Both the position numbers and the translations under genes were made by a program. A stretch of 64,000 nt of DNA from NCBI GenBank assembly GCA_013239625.1, contig MU053379.1, positions 1,046,974 through 1,110,973 on the forward strand. Reading direction: 5' to 3'. Below the pieces are notes generated by a model. It had not been told where the DNA came from and made no database searches. It was given only the letters and a program-made list of their open reading frames with translations. Positions 1 to 13,194 of this stretch are shown here, piece by piece; positions within the stretch are counted from its first letter, which is position 1, and each line of letters opens with the position of its first letter. Source of the DNA: Lama guanicoe. Its lineage: Eukaryota.

Positions 1-1620
1 ACCGGCTGCCTGCTAAAAAATATCTCTTGTCAGCCATCTGGGAAATGATAAAGTTGGATCCTTACCTCCCACTATACGCCAGGAAATAATCCAAACGGAT
101 CAAAGATTTATACGTGATAAAATGAAACCATTAAAGTCCTAGAAAAAAAGCACAAGAGAATTCAGATACGACCTCAGAGTGGGAAGGCCCTTCTAAGTAC
201 GACTCGCTCTCCAGCAGCCATAAAAGAAAAAGATCGTTCAGTTCAAAAATCACAAAACTTCTGCTGGGCCGGGAGAAACCAGCCTGAGTAAAACTGAAGG
301 ATGAATGGCAATCTGGGAGAAAAACCTGCAACTTCAATCGCAAAGAATAAAACTTGCTGATGTGTCAATAACAAACTCCTACAAGCTGGGCAGGAAAAAC
401 ACCCGCGGCCCCGATAAGAGAAACGGGCATCCACGCAATTCACAGAAAAACGAACGGCAAACAGCCCTTCGTCATATCAAAGACCAGGCAACCTCTCTCT
501 CTTACAAATGATAAGAAAAATATTAAAATATAATTACACTGAGAAACTATTTCTCCCCATCAGATTGGCCCAAATCCCAAACCACGCAATACCACGCCGG
601 CAGGGGGTGCAGAGGGGGCAGTCTCACACACTGTTGTTGAAACTGCTAATCAAATGGTACATTTCCTTACCATGTTATAAGTAAAGTCAGCCAGACAGAG
701 AAAAACAGATATCATATGGTATCACTCATACATGGAATCTAAAAAAAAAAAAAAGGATACAAATCTTATTCACAAACCAAAAACAGACTCACCCACATAG
801 AATACAAACTATGGTTACCAAAGGGGAAAGGGCAGGGGAGGGATAAATTAGGAGTTTGGGATGAACAGGCACACAGTACTATGTATAAAGCAGATAAACC
901 ACAAAGACCTACTGTATAGCACAGAGAACTATATTCAATTTCTTGTAAAAACATATAACAGAAAAGAATCTGAATAAAATATATATACATGTATGTATAT
1001 GAATAACTGAACTGCTTTGCTGTATACCTGAAATCAATGTTATAAATCAATTACACTTCAATAAAAAAACAAAATTAAAAAGATACCTGGTACGTCTCTG
1101 TGCCTGGGAATTGGGCTGTATCAACGCTACAGTGAGTCTATTCTTAGCCCTAACAATTGCATGTCTGGGAATTTATCCCACAGAGATGTCTGCACATATG
1201 CGAAATGACGTATGTATAAAGTTACTCACTGTAGTATTCTTCATAGTAGCAAAACATTGGAGACAACATAAACGTCCATCAGGAGAGGACCAATAACCAA
1301 AGTGATGGTATAGCACGATGCTATCACACGAGAGCAAACAGCTGTACAGGAGAATGAGGTCACTTCCTTGTACTCTGATGAAAAGAGCTACTTAGAAGAA
1401 AATGCCAGGTTCCATAGAGCATCCATAATGCTACCCACTAATTTAAAAAAAATGGAAGATAAGAATACACATATACTTACTTGCTTCTATTTGCATAAAG
1501 AAACTCGACAAAGTTACAGAAGAAGCTAACAGCGGCCGACTGCGATGGTACAAGAAAGGCTGAGCAGATGAGAAACAGATTTGGAGGGAAGACTTTTATT
1601 TGCATATATTAAATTTTTTT
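1..1620 (+). mobile_element. Old LINE-1 ORF2/3' remnant interrupted by a younger artiodactyl-type L1 3' end (~680-1082)
   Basis: Degenerate L1 ORF2 3' motifs. The younger insert has AGTAAAGTCAGCCAGACAGAGAAAAAC...TACTGTATAGCACAGAGAACTATATTCAA...CACTTCAATAAAA plus an A-tail. Confidence 0.75.
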
Positions 1621-1759
1621 TTCATTTCTCCCCCAAACAACACATAATTTGCAAAAAGTGATTCACTCCTTTAGCTCCAAAAGCGGTCCCTTATCAAAAC
1701 GGAAATATTCCACAGAGAAGCTGCCCAGCCCATGGACCTCAATCTTTTTCATGCCTAGG

Positions 1760-2131
1760 AATCTAGTCCTGAGATTTCTCCCTCCTTTACCTTGGAAACC
1801 TCCAAGTGAACCAGCCTCCAGCTTCTTAGAGTGCTGGCTGCTAAGTAGCCCAGTGGTCCCACCTTTCCCCCTCCTCCCACGAATAAGCCACAGCCAGTGG
1901 CCGACCCAAGGCCTCAAGGTGGGACAACGTCTGTGGCGTCTCAGACTCGAGCTCCCGCTGGGATCAGGCTGAGGCTAGACTCCAGCCGACCACATCCTTG
2001 CCTGGTTTCCTTCTGTTGTAACTTGCATCCTTCACCTCCTTTTTTGGTTTCTCCTGAGCGCCTCCCAGAGTAAATCTCTTATCCTAGATTCCCTGTCTCA
2101 GGTTCTGCTCCAAGGAACCCAACCCAAGACA
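1760..2131 (+). mobile_element. ERVL LTR (LTR16-family-like)
   Basis: GAGCTCCCGCTGGGATCAGGCTGAGGC internal motif; ends GGAACCCAACCCAAGACA. Confidence 0.65.
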
Positions 2132-2799
2132 TCAACCAAATAAACCCCACGGGTTGACAACAGACCCCTCTCTCCAAAATGAGCCTTAGGAGGCACTTCT
2201 GACGAGCACGAGAATTAGTTTCCATGCTAGGTGCGGAACTAACGCTGACCAAAAGCAAAGATATCACTGGATGGGCTTCGTACAGGCTGACAGATGGTTT
2301 CCAGTGAGGGATACAAAACATTGACAATAGCTCATCTACCTCCAAGCTCATCCCCTATGGGCTTAAGTTTCCAGGGCTGCCAGCCTGCGAACCAGTGCTC
2401 AAAATCATGACCCTGGACACTGCAGCTGGATTCCCTGACGATCCGGCTGAGAGCAGGGTGGGCAAACAGGGTCGGGAGGAGGAGGGGTCAGAAGCACAGG
2501 CGGACGTCAGCCGGTTTTGCCTGCTGTGGTGGAGACTGCAAGCTGTCCCACAACCCGCTCCCCAACTCTGGCCTACAAGAGTGTGTGGCTGAGAAGGCTG
2601 CATTTTCCCAGCCCCGGGGAACGTTCTGAAATCCTCACCCTGCAACGGGAGTGGGAAGGACTACGTGCCATATCCAGGCCATCACCTTCAGAGAGTGGGT
2701 GTGACCCCCTCCACACCTGCACCAGACTCGGTGCCACCGCGCCCAGGTCCCCTCAGCATCGGCTCTAAGTGCAGAAGGCCGCATGTGGCCAAGCCCTCC

Positions 2800-3975
2800 A
2801 GCTCTGCCTGCTCTGCCTGGCACAGGAAGCGTGCTTGGCTGGTTCAGAGGGCAAGCTGGAAGGGCCCAGAAATAAATGCTCCCAATGCCAGCGCCCTCAA
2901 CTAAACCCCTAGGCATGGGGAGTTAGCGAACAATGGCTTCCTAGGCCCCTCAAGTCGGGTAACTCTGAGGCAGGTCTGTCCTGTCTGCCAGAAATCCCAG
3001 ATAAGCCTCCAGTTGTCCGCAGCAGCAACGTCCTAGGTTACAGTCCCTTTACGGGCTGTCTTTCTTTTCCTGTCACACTTCCCAACTGCCCTACAGATGC
3101 TTCCTTGGATTGCTTCCTAAGCCACTGACTTCAACTTAAAGTCTTGCCTCGGAATCAGCTCTTGTAGGAACCCAAACCAAGACAATCCTTTTACTGGCTG
3201 AAACCCACAGAGATCCAGCTCTGACCACACACAGGGTGACAACATCCCAGGGCATGACACAGCAACAAAAGAAAGAAGTCCAGTCCCTGAATGATGGCCT
3301 GGAGGAGAACTCCCCACCAACCCAGAACTGCCACATGAGGAAGAATTAACCTCTCTCTTCTTTAAGCCACACAACATGCTGGAAATCTTTGTTACAGCAG
3401 CGGTGCCTTCTCTTCGCTGGTAGACCTGCCCGACATTCATTTCCCCTCTGGTCACAGAGCCCTGCTTTGCTGTTGGGAAGCACCTCCCCACCCCTCCCAG
3501 GCCAGAGGTGTAGCCAGTCTGCTCTCTCCAGCCCTGCTTCAGAGGAGACAGGATCACCTGGTTCAGGCCTGGGCCCTGTATCTTCCCCAGCAGTGACTGC
3601 CTCGGGACAGGGCAGGAGGTGGGAGGGAGCTGAGAGCCAAATTAGACCAATCAAAGACAAGAAACCTCAGCGTAGCATCTTTGGTAGCAGATAATCCCGC
3701 CTTCTGCTGGGCTGCTGGCTGCTGCACTGTGGACAGATGTCTACAGCACTGGGTGGCCATCCAGGCCCCACTTGAACCTGCCTGAGAAAGAAGCAACGTG
3801 AGGGAGAAACTGGATAAAAGTCAGAAAGATAAACAATGATGACATGATTTAAGCACCTAGATCCAGCCACTCCTGAAGGTGGCACAACCCTAGACTTTAC
3901 AGCTAATACGTTCTCATTTCCATTAAAGTCAATTTAAACCAAGTTTCTGTCACTTGCAAGCATTTGTCTAATGGA
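2800..3975 (+). mobile_element. ERVL-type LTR (ends 3184) followed by MaLR (MLT1-like) LTR fragments
   Basis: GGAACCCAAACCAAGACA end; MLT1-type TTTAAGCCAC...TTTGTTACAGCAGC and GTTTCTGTCACTTGCAA ends. Confidence 0.55.
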
Positions 3976-4874
3976 AATCAGACCCCAAAGAGGACATCAC
4001 ATCAGCTAGTTTACAATTCCTTGTGGAAAATAGGCCACAGGCCAGCTGCCCCAGCCAGAGTTATTTAGATTCCCTTATAGGAATGTTCATTTTTGTTGCC
4101 TAAATTACCCAGATAGCCGAGGAAAGCAAATCAGCCGCCTTTAGCCTCGCTCTCCTCTGTACTAAGTGCTGAGACACAACGCAGTTTGCCCACTGGAGCC
4201 AGGGTTGAGCCCTCAGCAATGGCTTCGTCCCAGGAAAATGCACCGTGCAGCCCCCACAACACCCCACCGTGCCACTGTGTGTGCCAAGGGCAACCCTGGC
4301 CACTGCTGATGCCCCAGTGTGGCCACTGAGACCACGCAGCACTGCAGCATCAGCCCAAACACCCAGAGCTTCAGATGCAGCAGGACAGGACCCACAGCGG
4401 CCCCTCAGGCTGCACCCCCCCACCCTCCAGCACTGAGCCTTGCCCTCCAGAGAAGCCGGAGGGGTGAGGACCCCTCAAGGCCTGCTCTAGTCTCACGCTT
4501 CCCCCTCATGTAGTCCACGGTCAACCTGAGGCCGTGTCTTTCCTTTCTGAGGGGAGGGTGGGGACAGAGAGGGAAAAAGGGGTTTTGACCAGATTCAGGA
4601 TTCCTGGTCCCCTCCTCCAGCTGCCAGCCCCAGCCACTGACCTCTGCGGTCGCCTCATGTGCCCCTCGGGCACAGGGATGCTGAGCCCCCCGGAGCACTC
4701 CGAGGATTGCTCCAGGTAACGTGGTGCAGCCAAGGGGTGCCTGTCTTGTGCCCAGCAAGTTGTGGACACTTAACAAGGTCTATTTCCTTCCTTTCAAAGG
4801 CAGAGAAATGTTAAGTTATAGGATATACCACTTAAGCTGCCTGATCTTGGCATGAGGCCAGGCCCTCGGAGGTG

Positions 4875-5001
4875 GCGGGGGAGTGGGGAGAAGGAGGGAA
4901 AGAAGGTGGGAGGAAAGGAGGGTGAGGGAAGGGGAAAGGGGGGAAGGGGGAGGGGGAGGAGGGGAGGAGGGGGAGGATGGAAGAAGGGAAGAAAGAAGAA
5001 A
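4875..5001. repeat. G/A-rich polypurine low-complexity tract
   Basis: About 125 nt almost entirely G and A with many GGG runs. Confidence 0.8.
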
Positions 5002-5917
5002 ATGGCCTCATCAACCAAATGCTCCCTCAGACCAAGGTGGCCCAGTCCCAGTGCAAGATCTTCTTGCTCTTCCAGGGTGGAAAGGAACCTGCGGCACTCG
5101 GCCCAGGCAGTGCCCAGGGCACAAGGGGCAGCGACGGCCAACGAAGCGCAGCACTGCCTCCTCGCTTCAGGCAGCTCACCAAGCCGGGGTAAATCTCTCC
5201 CAGGTCACAGCGCTTCCCTGAGTTCTGGGCCCTTCCCCCTGCCCCTCCAGGCACGAGGGACCCAGGAAACCACCTCACACCCCGTCTCCTGTGGCCTACC
5301 ACCTCCCTTTTGCCCCATCTCAGCCTTAGATCGGCTTTCTTGTGAACCTCCCAGGCAGGGAGACACAGGTGGCCAAAGGTCACGGCACTCAGCAGTCACA
5401 TGCCCCGAAGCAGATGCTGACGCAGGCGTCCCTCCTGCAGGGGCTCTGTGCGCGCCCGCCAACCTTCTTCTGCTCCAGCCTTGACCCCACGTCATCCCCA
5501 GTGCCAGACTCAAGGAGGGGAGGACGGCCTTCAGCCAGTAGGTTCCAGCCCCTGGAGGCCAGAGCATCTCTGTCCTGGCCAGAGAGAGCAGCCTTGAGCC
5601 ACCTGCCACGCCCATGCCGGCATCCCTGCCCCTCAGCCACAAGCAGTGGCGTCTCTCCAGCAGCTGTCTGTTTACCCAACGCTCAAGATTTGCTTCTTCA
5701 AACCCAACCACTAGTACAAAGTATCAACTCCCAAATAACCTGAAGCTGAAGGTCACACGATACGCCTTCAACAGGGAGCTACAGGGGGCTCTCCTGTTTC
5801 ATCCTGATCAGGAAAACTTCACAAGGATGTTTCATTTGTCAAAACAACCCCTGCGAACTCTTTTGGAATAACATAATTCATTTTCCTTGCTTGAGTAGCA
5901 TTTCAAGTAGAAGTACT

Positions 5918-5923
5918 TTTATT
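5918..5923 (-). terminator. OVOL2: Probable OVOL2 polyadenylation signal AATAAA
   Basis: TTTATT on the plus strand about 350 nt downstream of the OVOL2 stop codon. Confidence 0.6.
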
Positions 5924-6273
5924 TCAAGGCACCGTATCAATCTCTCCTATGGGTGTCTCTCTAAGAACACCCTGCCTCCATGTGTAAAAATCCTAAAAAA
6001 AAGAAAAAAAACCACACAGTGATGACAGCCATTCACAAACTTTCACTCACGTGACTGTGTTCACTGGGACACAGGTTCCAGGAGGCTGGATGCCACAGTT
6101 ATAATTGACATTAACATTTAGACTCTGTTATAATTGGAACAGAGCCCCCCACTGAGGCCCCCCAAAGGACAGAGAGTTTAAAAGAACACTTAGAAAGAGC
6201 TGGTGAGGTGGGGGACCCTCAAGACCAGAAATCCATGTCAACGTGGCAGCGTTGGCGTCCCTCCCCACTGTCC

Positions 6274-6590
6274 TCACTTCTCTTCCTCCTCCTCGCTCAG
6301 GTTGGCATTCCCCTGGAGTGTCGATGTCAGCTTGCTCTGCAAGAGGGCTGCCAGCTTTTTGGATGTCTTTTTGAGGAGCGCGCTGCCCGGGTGGGCACTG
6401 TTCACGTGCAGGTACAGGTCCTCCTGGGTGGGGCCGGTGTAGCCGCAGTCCTCGCAGACGTACAGCTTGTCCCGGCGCTGCTTGTAGGCATACTGCTGCT
6501 GCACCCCGTGGATCTTCTTCAGGTGGGACTCCAGGGAGCAGCGCTGGGTGAAGGCTTTGTGGCAGACATCACATTTGTAGGGGCGAATGC
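6274..6590 (-). CDS. OVOL2: OVOL2 coding exon 4 (zinc fingers 3-4, stop)
   Basis: Acceptor CCTTTGCAG|; (G)IRPYKCDVCHKAFTQRCSLESHLKKIHG...CEDCGYTGPTQEDLYLHVNSAHP...EEEEEK* with TGA at 6274-6276. The four exons sum to 100+221+190+317=828 nt = 275 aa plus stop. Confidence 0.97.
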
Positions 6591-6669
6591 CTGCAAAGGG
6601 GAGGGGCAGGCATAGCACCGGTTGGTCCCAGCCAAGCCACAGATTCCAGCCTATGAAGCCATTAAAAAT

Positions 6670-7800
6670 CACCATGCACAACCCAACAGCAAAAAACCAA
6701 ACAACCCGATTCAAAAATGGGCTGAGGATCTGAATAGTCATTGGTCCAAAGAAGATCGACAAAGGGCCAAAAGACACATGAATAGATGCTCACTGTCACC
6801 AATCATCAGAAAAATGCAAATCAGAAACACATAGATATGAGACATCACCTCACGCCTGTCAGAATGGCTATCATTACAAAAATGAGATAATAAAGGCTGG
6901 TGAGGACGTGGAGAAAAGGGGGCCCTGTGCACTGCTGGTGGGAATGTAAACTGGTGCAGCCAATATGGAAACCAGTATGGAGGGTCCTCGAAAACTTAAA
7001 GGTACAATTTACACGTGATCCAGCAGTCTCACTCTGGGTCTTTATCCAAAGGAAATGAAAACAGGATCTCAAAGAGATATCTCCACACGCATGTTCACTG
7101 TAGCATTATTCACAGTAGCCAAGACATTATTCACACAAGCCAAGCTAAGTGTCTCTTAACAAATGGATGGATTAAAAAAAGATGTGGTACATAATGGATG
7201 GACCCGGAGATTATCATACCAAGTGAAGTAAGTCAAAGACAAATATCATATATCACTTATATGTGGAATCTAAAAATATGATACAAATGAACTTATTTAC
7301 AAAACAGAAGGAGACTCCCAGATAGAAAACAGACTTACGAATACCAAATGGAGACAGGGCGGGGGCACGGGGGATAAATTCGAAGTTTGGGATTAGCAGA
7401 TACAAACTACTATATACAAAATACATTAACAACAAGGTCCAACAGGGAACTACATTCAATATCTTATAATAATCTACAATGAAAAAGAATATGAAAAATA
7501 TATGGAACTAAATCCCTATGCTGTATACCAGAAACTAACACAACATTGTAAATGAACTACACTTGAATTTTTTTTTTAACGTGGACTATGTACACGCACA
7601 CACACTGGATTATTCAGCCAGGAGAAAGAAAATCCTACCACTTGCAACATGGATGGATCTTAAGGCCATTTTGCTCAGTGAGATAAGCCAGACAAAGACA
7701 AAACCTGTGTGCTATCACTTACAAATCAGAAAAGTCAAAGCCCCAGAAACAACAGGAAAATAGTTGGCAGGGGCTGAGGGGTGGGGGAAACAGGGAGACA
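6670..7800 (+). mobile_element. LINE-1 3' fragments (nested) in OVOL2 intron 3
   Basis: AACAACCCGATTCAAAAATGGGC...CATCACCTCACGCCTGTCAGAATGGCTATCATT L1 ORF2 C-terminal motifs; younger L1 3' UTR at ~7195-7570. Confidence 0.8.
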
Positions 7801-9248
7801 AAAAAGATCACCAGGACCGAGGATTCAGCATGAGGAAAATGATTAAGGCAGGAGACAAAACTGTCCACAAAGGTTCCCAACATCCACATGAGCAAACATA
7901 ATAAAAGTGGATGCAAACACAGCAAAATACCGCCACCCGGCTTCGGGGGGAGGACTCTGTCTTCCCACGTGCACGCCCTACTGTTTTGGTCTTACAGTGG
8001 GCAGAGTAAACCTTGTTTTTTATTTTAGTCTGGGTTTTCCTGGAAAAGGAGTTATTTGGGAGGTGACCCCAGGAAGGGTGATGCAGGAAAAGTGGGAGGT
8101 GACTCCCCACCTGCAGGGGAGGGGAGAAGTAAGAAGGATGGGGGGGAATGGGGGTGGAGTCACCCAGCCAGTTGCCAGTTGCTGGGAGACCAGAGCCCAA
8201 TGGGCCAGGCAAGGTGGGAGACTGTAGCACACACACCTCCGAGTCACCCTGCCCCTCGGGAGCGGGGCTCTTTGTCCACCTGCTCCTTGTGCTCTGGCAG
8301 CGCTGTGGAGGGCGGCCCCAGGAGGCACTGGCTCCCTCCCCAGCACTTCCGGTCTGCCCATAGGTAGGGTGGGCTCCAACAAGACCACCCCCAGGCAGGG
8401 CTGCAGATGTGGGCAGCTGCAACACCAACAGATGTGCCCAGAAATGGCAGGGGCAGGACACTGATGGTGTCAGCTACAGTTAGGAAAGCATTTCAACCTA
8501 GCTCTTGTGCTGGCTTCAGCATCAGGCTAATATGAGTGGGGACTGCCTTCCAGATGGACAAGTCACACGCACCATATAGAGCAGTCAGCTCAGCCTCACT
8601 ACATCCCAGTCATTCCTGTGCCCACCACGGGAACCCTGACTGTGTGAGATGAGGATGGCAGGTAAGGAAATGGAAATAGGTCTATCTCAGGCTATAAAGG
8701 GGGCAGGGGGGGGGATACTGGCTGTCAAGGAAGCACAGCGTCCCATGGCATGGAAACCCGGGAGAGGGGGAATACCGTGCTCGGGGTGCAAGAGTAGAGA
8801 TGGGGCAGCCACCAGTCAGACCATCTCAGAGCCCAGAGGCCAGGAAGGCCATTGCCCTCCCCAAAGCCTCAGGCACAAAATTTAAGAGTATGCCCCAAAT
8901 GCATCAATCAAAACAAGTATTTTAAAAATCAAAATACATACCAAAAAAAAGCCCATGATGAACAAATTATCAAAATTTTAAATACGGACAGGACCCACCA
9001 GGGCTGCATGGAGTCATACTGGAGCTTAAGGCGAAAGGAAAAATGCATGTCCCCATATAGATGTATGTATGTATGTACGCATGCATGTATGTATTTAAGT
9101 CAGCTCTCTCTATCCCAAAGCAGCCAATAATGAACAAGATCTTTTCCCTTTTAAAAAAAACTTCTTTTAATCATTCTTTGTTTTTCCTTCCAGTTTTTTT
9201 TAAATTGAGATATAACTGACATCTAGCACTGTATACTTTTTTTTGTAG

Positions 9249-9369
9249 AGGGGAAGTAATTAGGGTTTTACACTTTTACTTCTTTTTTTTAAACGGAGGT
9301 ACTGGGGATTTGAACCCAGGACCTTGTGCTTGCTAGGAATGCCCTCTACCACTGAGCTGTACCCTCCCC
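9249..9369 (-). mobile_element. tRNA-Ala-derived camelid-type SINE
   Basis: Reverse complement of GGGGAGGGTACAGCTCAGTGGTAGAG...GGTCCTGGGTTCAAATCCCCAGTACCTCC plus CCTAATTAC tail; Pol III A/B boxes. Confidence 0.85.
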
Positions 9370-9769
9370 ACTTTATTTATTTTTTTAATGGCTATTTTTT
9401 TCCCACCAGAATGTTTGCGTTGCTGAAAAAATAGTGAAAAGTTGAAAAGTAGGTATATTAAACTTCACATTCTAAAATGCTTAAATATTTTATTTATATA
9501 ATAATGGAATTTATTATGCTTTCACTATCCTGGCTTTAATGGAAGCAAACTATCAAAAGATATTTTCAAACTCCACTTTTTTGGCTTAACGATATTCCTG
9601 GAGATTTTGCCATGTTTGTGCCTATAGCTTGATTTCATTCTTTTTATCAGCACCATTGCATCTTGCTGTACAGCTGCACCCAAATCGCATCTTTTAAAAA
9701 CTAGAGACTGAGGAAGCACCGCTCCAGCCACACGCTCCCATCAAAGGCTGCCTGTACAACCTGGCGGTA

Positions 9770-10030
9770 ACGGGTGGTCCACTGGCCAACACATCACCTA
9801 GGAGCTTCTCAGAAATGCAGGGTCTCGGGCCCCACCTCGGATTTCCAGATTCAAGCGAAGCACTGGGTCTCAAATTTGAGCCAGAAACAAAATCCCTAGA
9901 GGGCTTGTTAAAACTCAGATCCTGGGTCCCACCCCTGGCGCTCTGCTTCTGGGGTGGGGCTGAGAATCTGCATTTCTAACAGGGTCCCAGGTGATATGGA
10001 GGCTGCTGATGCCCGGAGTCACAGGTCTGA
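9770..10030. mobile_element. MER5-like DNA transposon fragments
   Basis: CAGAAATGCAGGGTCTCGGGCCCCACC and GAATCTGCATTTCTAACAGGGTCCCAGGTGAT motifs. Confidence 0.6.
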
Positions 10031-10124
10031 AGCAATGCCAGGTGGAGCCTTAGGACAGCACCTGGGGTTCCGAGGCAGCCAAGCCTCACCATGTCTCCTC
10101 TTCAAGTTAAAAGTACCCAGTTCC

Positions 10125-10322
10125 TTAACAGGGACCTACGGTATAGCACAGGGAACTACATCCAATTTCTTGTGATAAGCTATAACGGAAAAGAATCTGA
10201 AAACATATGTAAATACATATGTATGTATATGTATAACGGAATCGCTTTGCTGTACACCTGAAACTAACATTGTAAATCAAATACACTTCAATAAAAAGTA
10301 AAATCAAATAAATAAATATAGA
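10125..10322 (+). mobile_element. Short L1 3' end (artiodactyl type)
   Basis: GACCTACGGTATAGCACAGGGAACTAC...GCTGTACACCTGAAACTAACATTGTAAATCAA...CAATAAAA. Confidence 0.8.
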
Positions 10323-11377
10323 AACTAAGGAGCCAAAAAAAAAAAAAAAAGTCCCCAGTTCCTTACTGGTGGAGTTTGATGAGGGAAGGAGGCCGCCCCA
10401 CAAGGCGGCACTCCACTCCCTGGGGGGAGGGAGCGCTATTCCCTTCCCCCTCTTGCCCCTCCCCCCCCCACTCCAAACTTCTCCCAATCTGCATTTATCC
10501 CAATCCAGTCAATCTTTCCCTTTAGGCTCCAAACAGACACCATTGTTCCTTCTTCAGTCAAGACAGGATTTGTTTGCCTTCTCCTTCTCAGTGTGGCCCA
10601 GAGGGAACAGAAGACCAGAGGGCGTGGGGTGGGGCAGGGAGCGGGCAGAGACGCAGCTCTGGCCACTGCCCCCTCCACACTTCCCTGACCTCCGATCTGG
10701 ATTCCTCAGCCTCCCTCCCGGGAACTCCGAAGCTCCCACAAGAACGGCAGGCACCTTGAACTGACTCCTTTATTCCAGTCAGAGAGGAAAAGGTACAACC
10801 AACACGAGGTGTACCGCTCCCCACCACCTCCCCACAGAGACTGAGTGGGGGGCCCCGCAGATGCGTACCCTTTTCAACTGGTTATAGCAGCTTGTGCTTT
10901 CTGCTCTATAGCTTTTACACTGACTGAAGTCTTTTACAGAATAAATCATCACTTTATAAACAAGAAAAATAAAATGCTTTCAATAAATGCTGTTTGTCCG
11001 ATGAGCCTGGCACCCCCGTCATGCTAGCGAGCCACACCCAGACCACCCTCAACACCTAGAGAAATGAGATTCCCCGCATCCCACCCCCCACCCCCGGGGG
11101 GCCGCTGGTGCTGGGGGCCTGCCAGCAGCGAAGGTGGAGACACTCCACGCTGAGTCTGGCACACGCCAGTGCTGGTGGCTATATTTTATTCTAAACGACG
11201 GCTCTCCCCCAACCAAAAGCCAGTCATCTCCTTCCACGGATGGCCAGCTGGTTCAACCTGAAAACACTTAAAGAAATCCAAAAGAATGTTCTCTAAAAAC
11301 AGGCCCATGACGTTTTTCTCACGGGCTGGGGACCGAATATACATTCGTTTCTTTCTTTTTATTTTTTATTTTCTTAG

Positions 11378-11507
11378 AGGGAGGAAGTAATTAGATTTGT
11401 TTATTTTTTTGTTTATTTTTATTTATTTTAAATGGAGGTACAGGGGATTGAACCCAGGACCTCGTGCATGCTAAGCATGTGCTCTACCACTGAGCCATAC
11501 CCTCCCC
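11378..11507 (-). mobile_element. tRNA-Ala-derived camelid-type SINE
   Basis: Same head and tail as the other copies, minus strand. Confidence 0.85.
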
Positions 11508-11643
11508 GCTACATTTATTCTTGAAAGCTCAGGGCTCCCCTCCCTCTTTTTTAACCTGAGACCAGTCAGTGGCTGTAATGTTTCACGTTGGCCTCAGTGA
11601 TCTGTCAACCCCACTTAAATACAGCAATTTTCCCTATTAAGTG

Positions 11644-12056
11644 TGTAGTGGATGTTGGTGGTCCCCAGTCCAGACCCCCCTTTCTGGGCCAGTGCCTCAC
11701 TCCTCAGCTGCCATCTGTGTTGGCAGCTGACAACTCCCTGCTGTCCCTTTCTCCAAGGGATGGACACTAAGTAACTGGCCTCTCTGCCCAGGAGAAAGGC
11801 AGCTCCTAGCCAATGTCTGACTGACGAGTGCAGAGAGGTCCCCAGCTCGCCCAAAGACAGGACCATCCACAGTCCAGAGCCCCTGGTGGCATCAGGCTGG
11901 GGCCAGACTCCAGCTGAGGCCACCTCCTTGCTCAGTGCTTCTCCTCCCCTGCCCTGCTCCCCTCCCTCACAGGCTTCTCCTGAGAGACCTCCCTCAAGAA
12001 ACTGGTTTATGAGTCGCCATCTCAGAATCTGCTTCTAGGGAACCCGACCTAAGACA
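11644..12056 (+). mobile_element. Solo ERVL LTR (LTR16-family-like)
   Basis: TG...CA termini: TGTAGTGGATG start and GAATCTGCTTCTAGGGAACCCGACCTAAGACA end; internal CCAGAGCCCCTGGTGGCATCAGGCTG. Confidence 0.75.
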
Positions 12057-13039
12057 ATTTGAATTGAAAATAGCCATTCGTTGCCGATATTTCTTAACCG
12101 ACATTCTTCTGTACCAGTTTCTCTCTTCTAGTCTGGAATCAGGTGTCATCTGACTATCCCCCCTCCCCCATCTCAAACACACACACCTCTGATTCACTCT
12201 TTCCTTGGTGAAGTCACATCCAAAAAAGAAGTCTTTATCTTTTCTTTCATCTGCTTGGATATTAAGGTAAGACATTTTCGGTCTCTGGTTTCTCTGGATC
12301 TTTTCCAAGATGTTTCCTTGTATTTTGAGTCTTTCCTCAGATGCCCTGTGCTCTCAGTAATTGCAGAGGACAGGAGGGAACGTGGGGGAGGGAGGGAGGG
12401 CTAATCCTGATTTCCCCCGTCCCACTGTCTTGGCCCACCTTGTCAATACTGTCATCACAATTCTCAGAAGAAGGGCCCTTGGGATCCCAGATCAGTTTAA
12501 ATTAGTCATGGCCTAACCGCACTGGAAGCAACCATAACCTTCACTCAACTATCTACAGTATTTGTGAGAACAATGTCCACATCTTTGCTTCTGGTCCTAA
12601 CACAACACTTAACTGTAATTGTCAAAAATCCCATATTCTTGTCTCAACCAAAGGCAAAACCAAACAGAGTTCTGGCAAGATCTTTTGGAGCCAGTGAGGT
12701 GGTTCACATGAACTACAAAAAGGTCTGAGAACCCCAAATTTTCATTTTTTTTTTTTACTGGTTCTCCCTTTTGTACAGAGCTCAGAGCTGGTAGGGCAGG
12801 CCTCTCACACCCGGAGGCCAGGCCGGTTCCTCCACAGACCGCACAGCATCCCAAGAGCCGGTGGCCCTTTTTCCATTTGCCACTAACTCATTTGTCAGCA
12901 AGCCCCTGGATCCTCATTCTGATCCAGTATTACCTCCATCAGGAAACAAGCCAGAGCAGGGAAAATAGGTTCAAGACATTTCCATAATTCTATTTGTTGG
13001 TCACTTTGAGAGTCAATTATAATTTAAAAATTGTAAATA

Positions 13040-13145
13040 GGGGTAGAGTGCATGCTTAGCATGCATAAGGTCTGGGTTCAATCCCCAGTACCTCCTCTAA
13101 AAATAAATAAACCTAATTACCTCCCTCCCCACCTCCAAAAAAATA
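13040..13145 (+). mobile_element. 5'-truncated tRNA-Ala-derived SINE
   Basis: GGTAGAGTGCATGCTTAGCATGCATAAGGTCTGGGTTCAATCCCCAGTACCTCC...AAACCTAATTACCTCCC. Confidence 0.8.
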
Positions 13146-13194
13146 AAGAATAGAAAAAAAATTTTTAATAATTATCTGTAGAGTCAATGATCTT

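Noticed and set aside
4852..5484. 210-aa ORF downstream of OVOL2
   Set aside because: Runs through the polypurine tract and GC-rich sequence; no domain or splice support.
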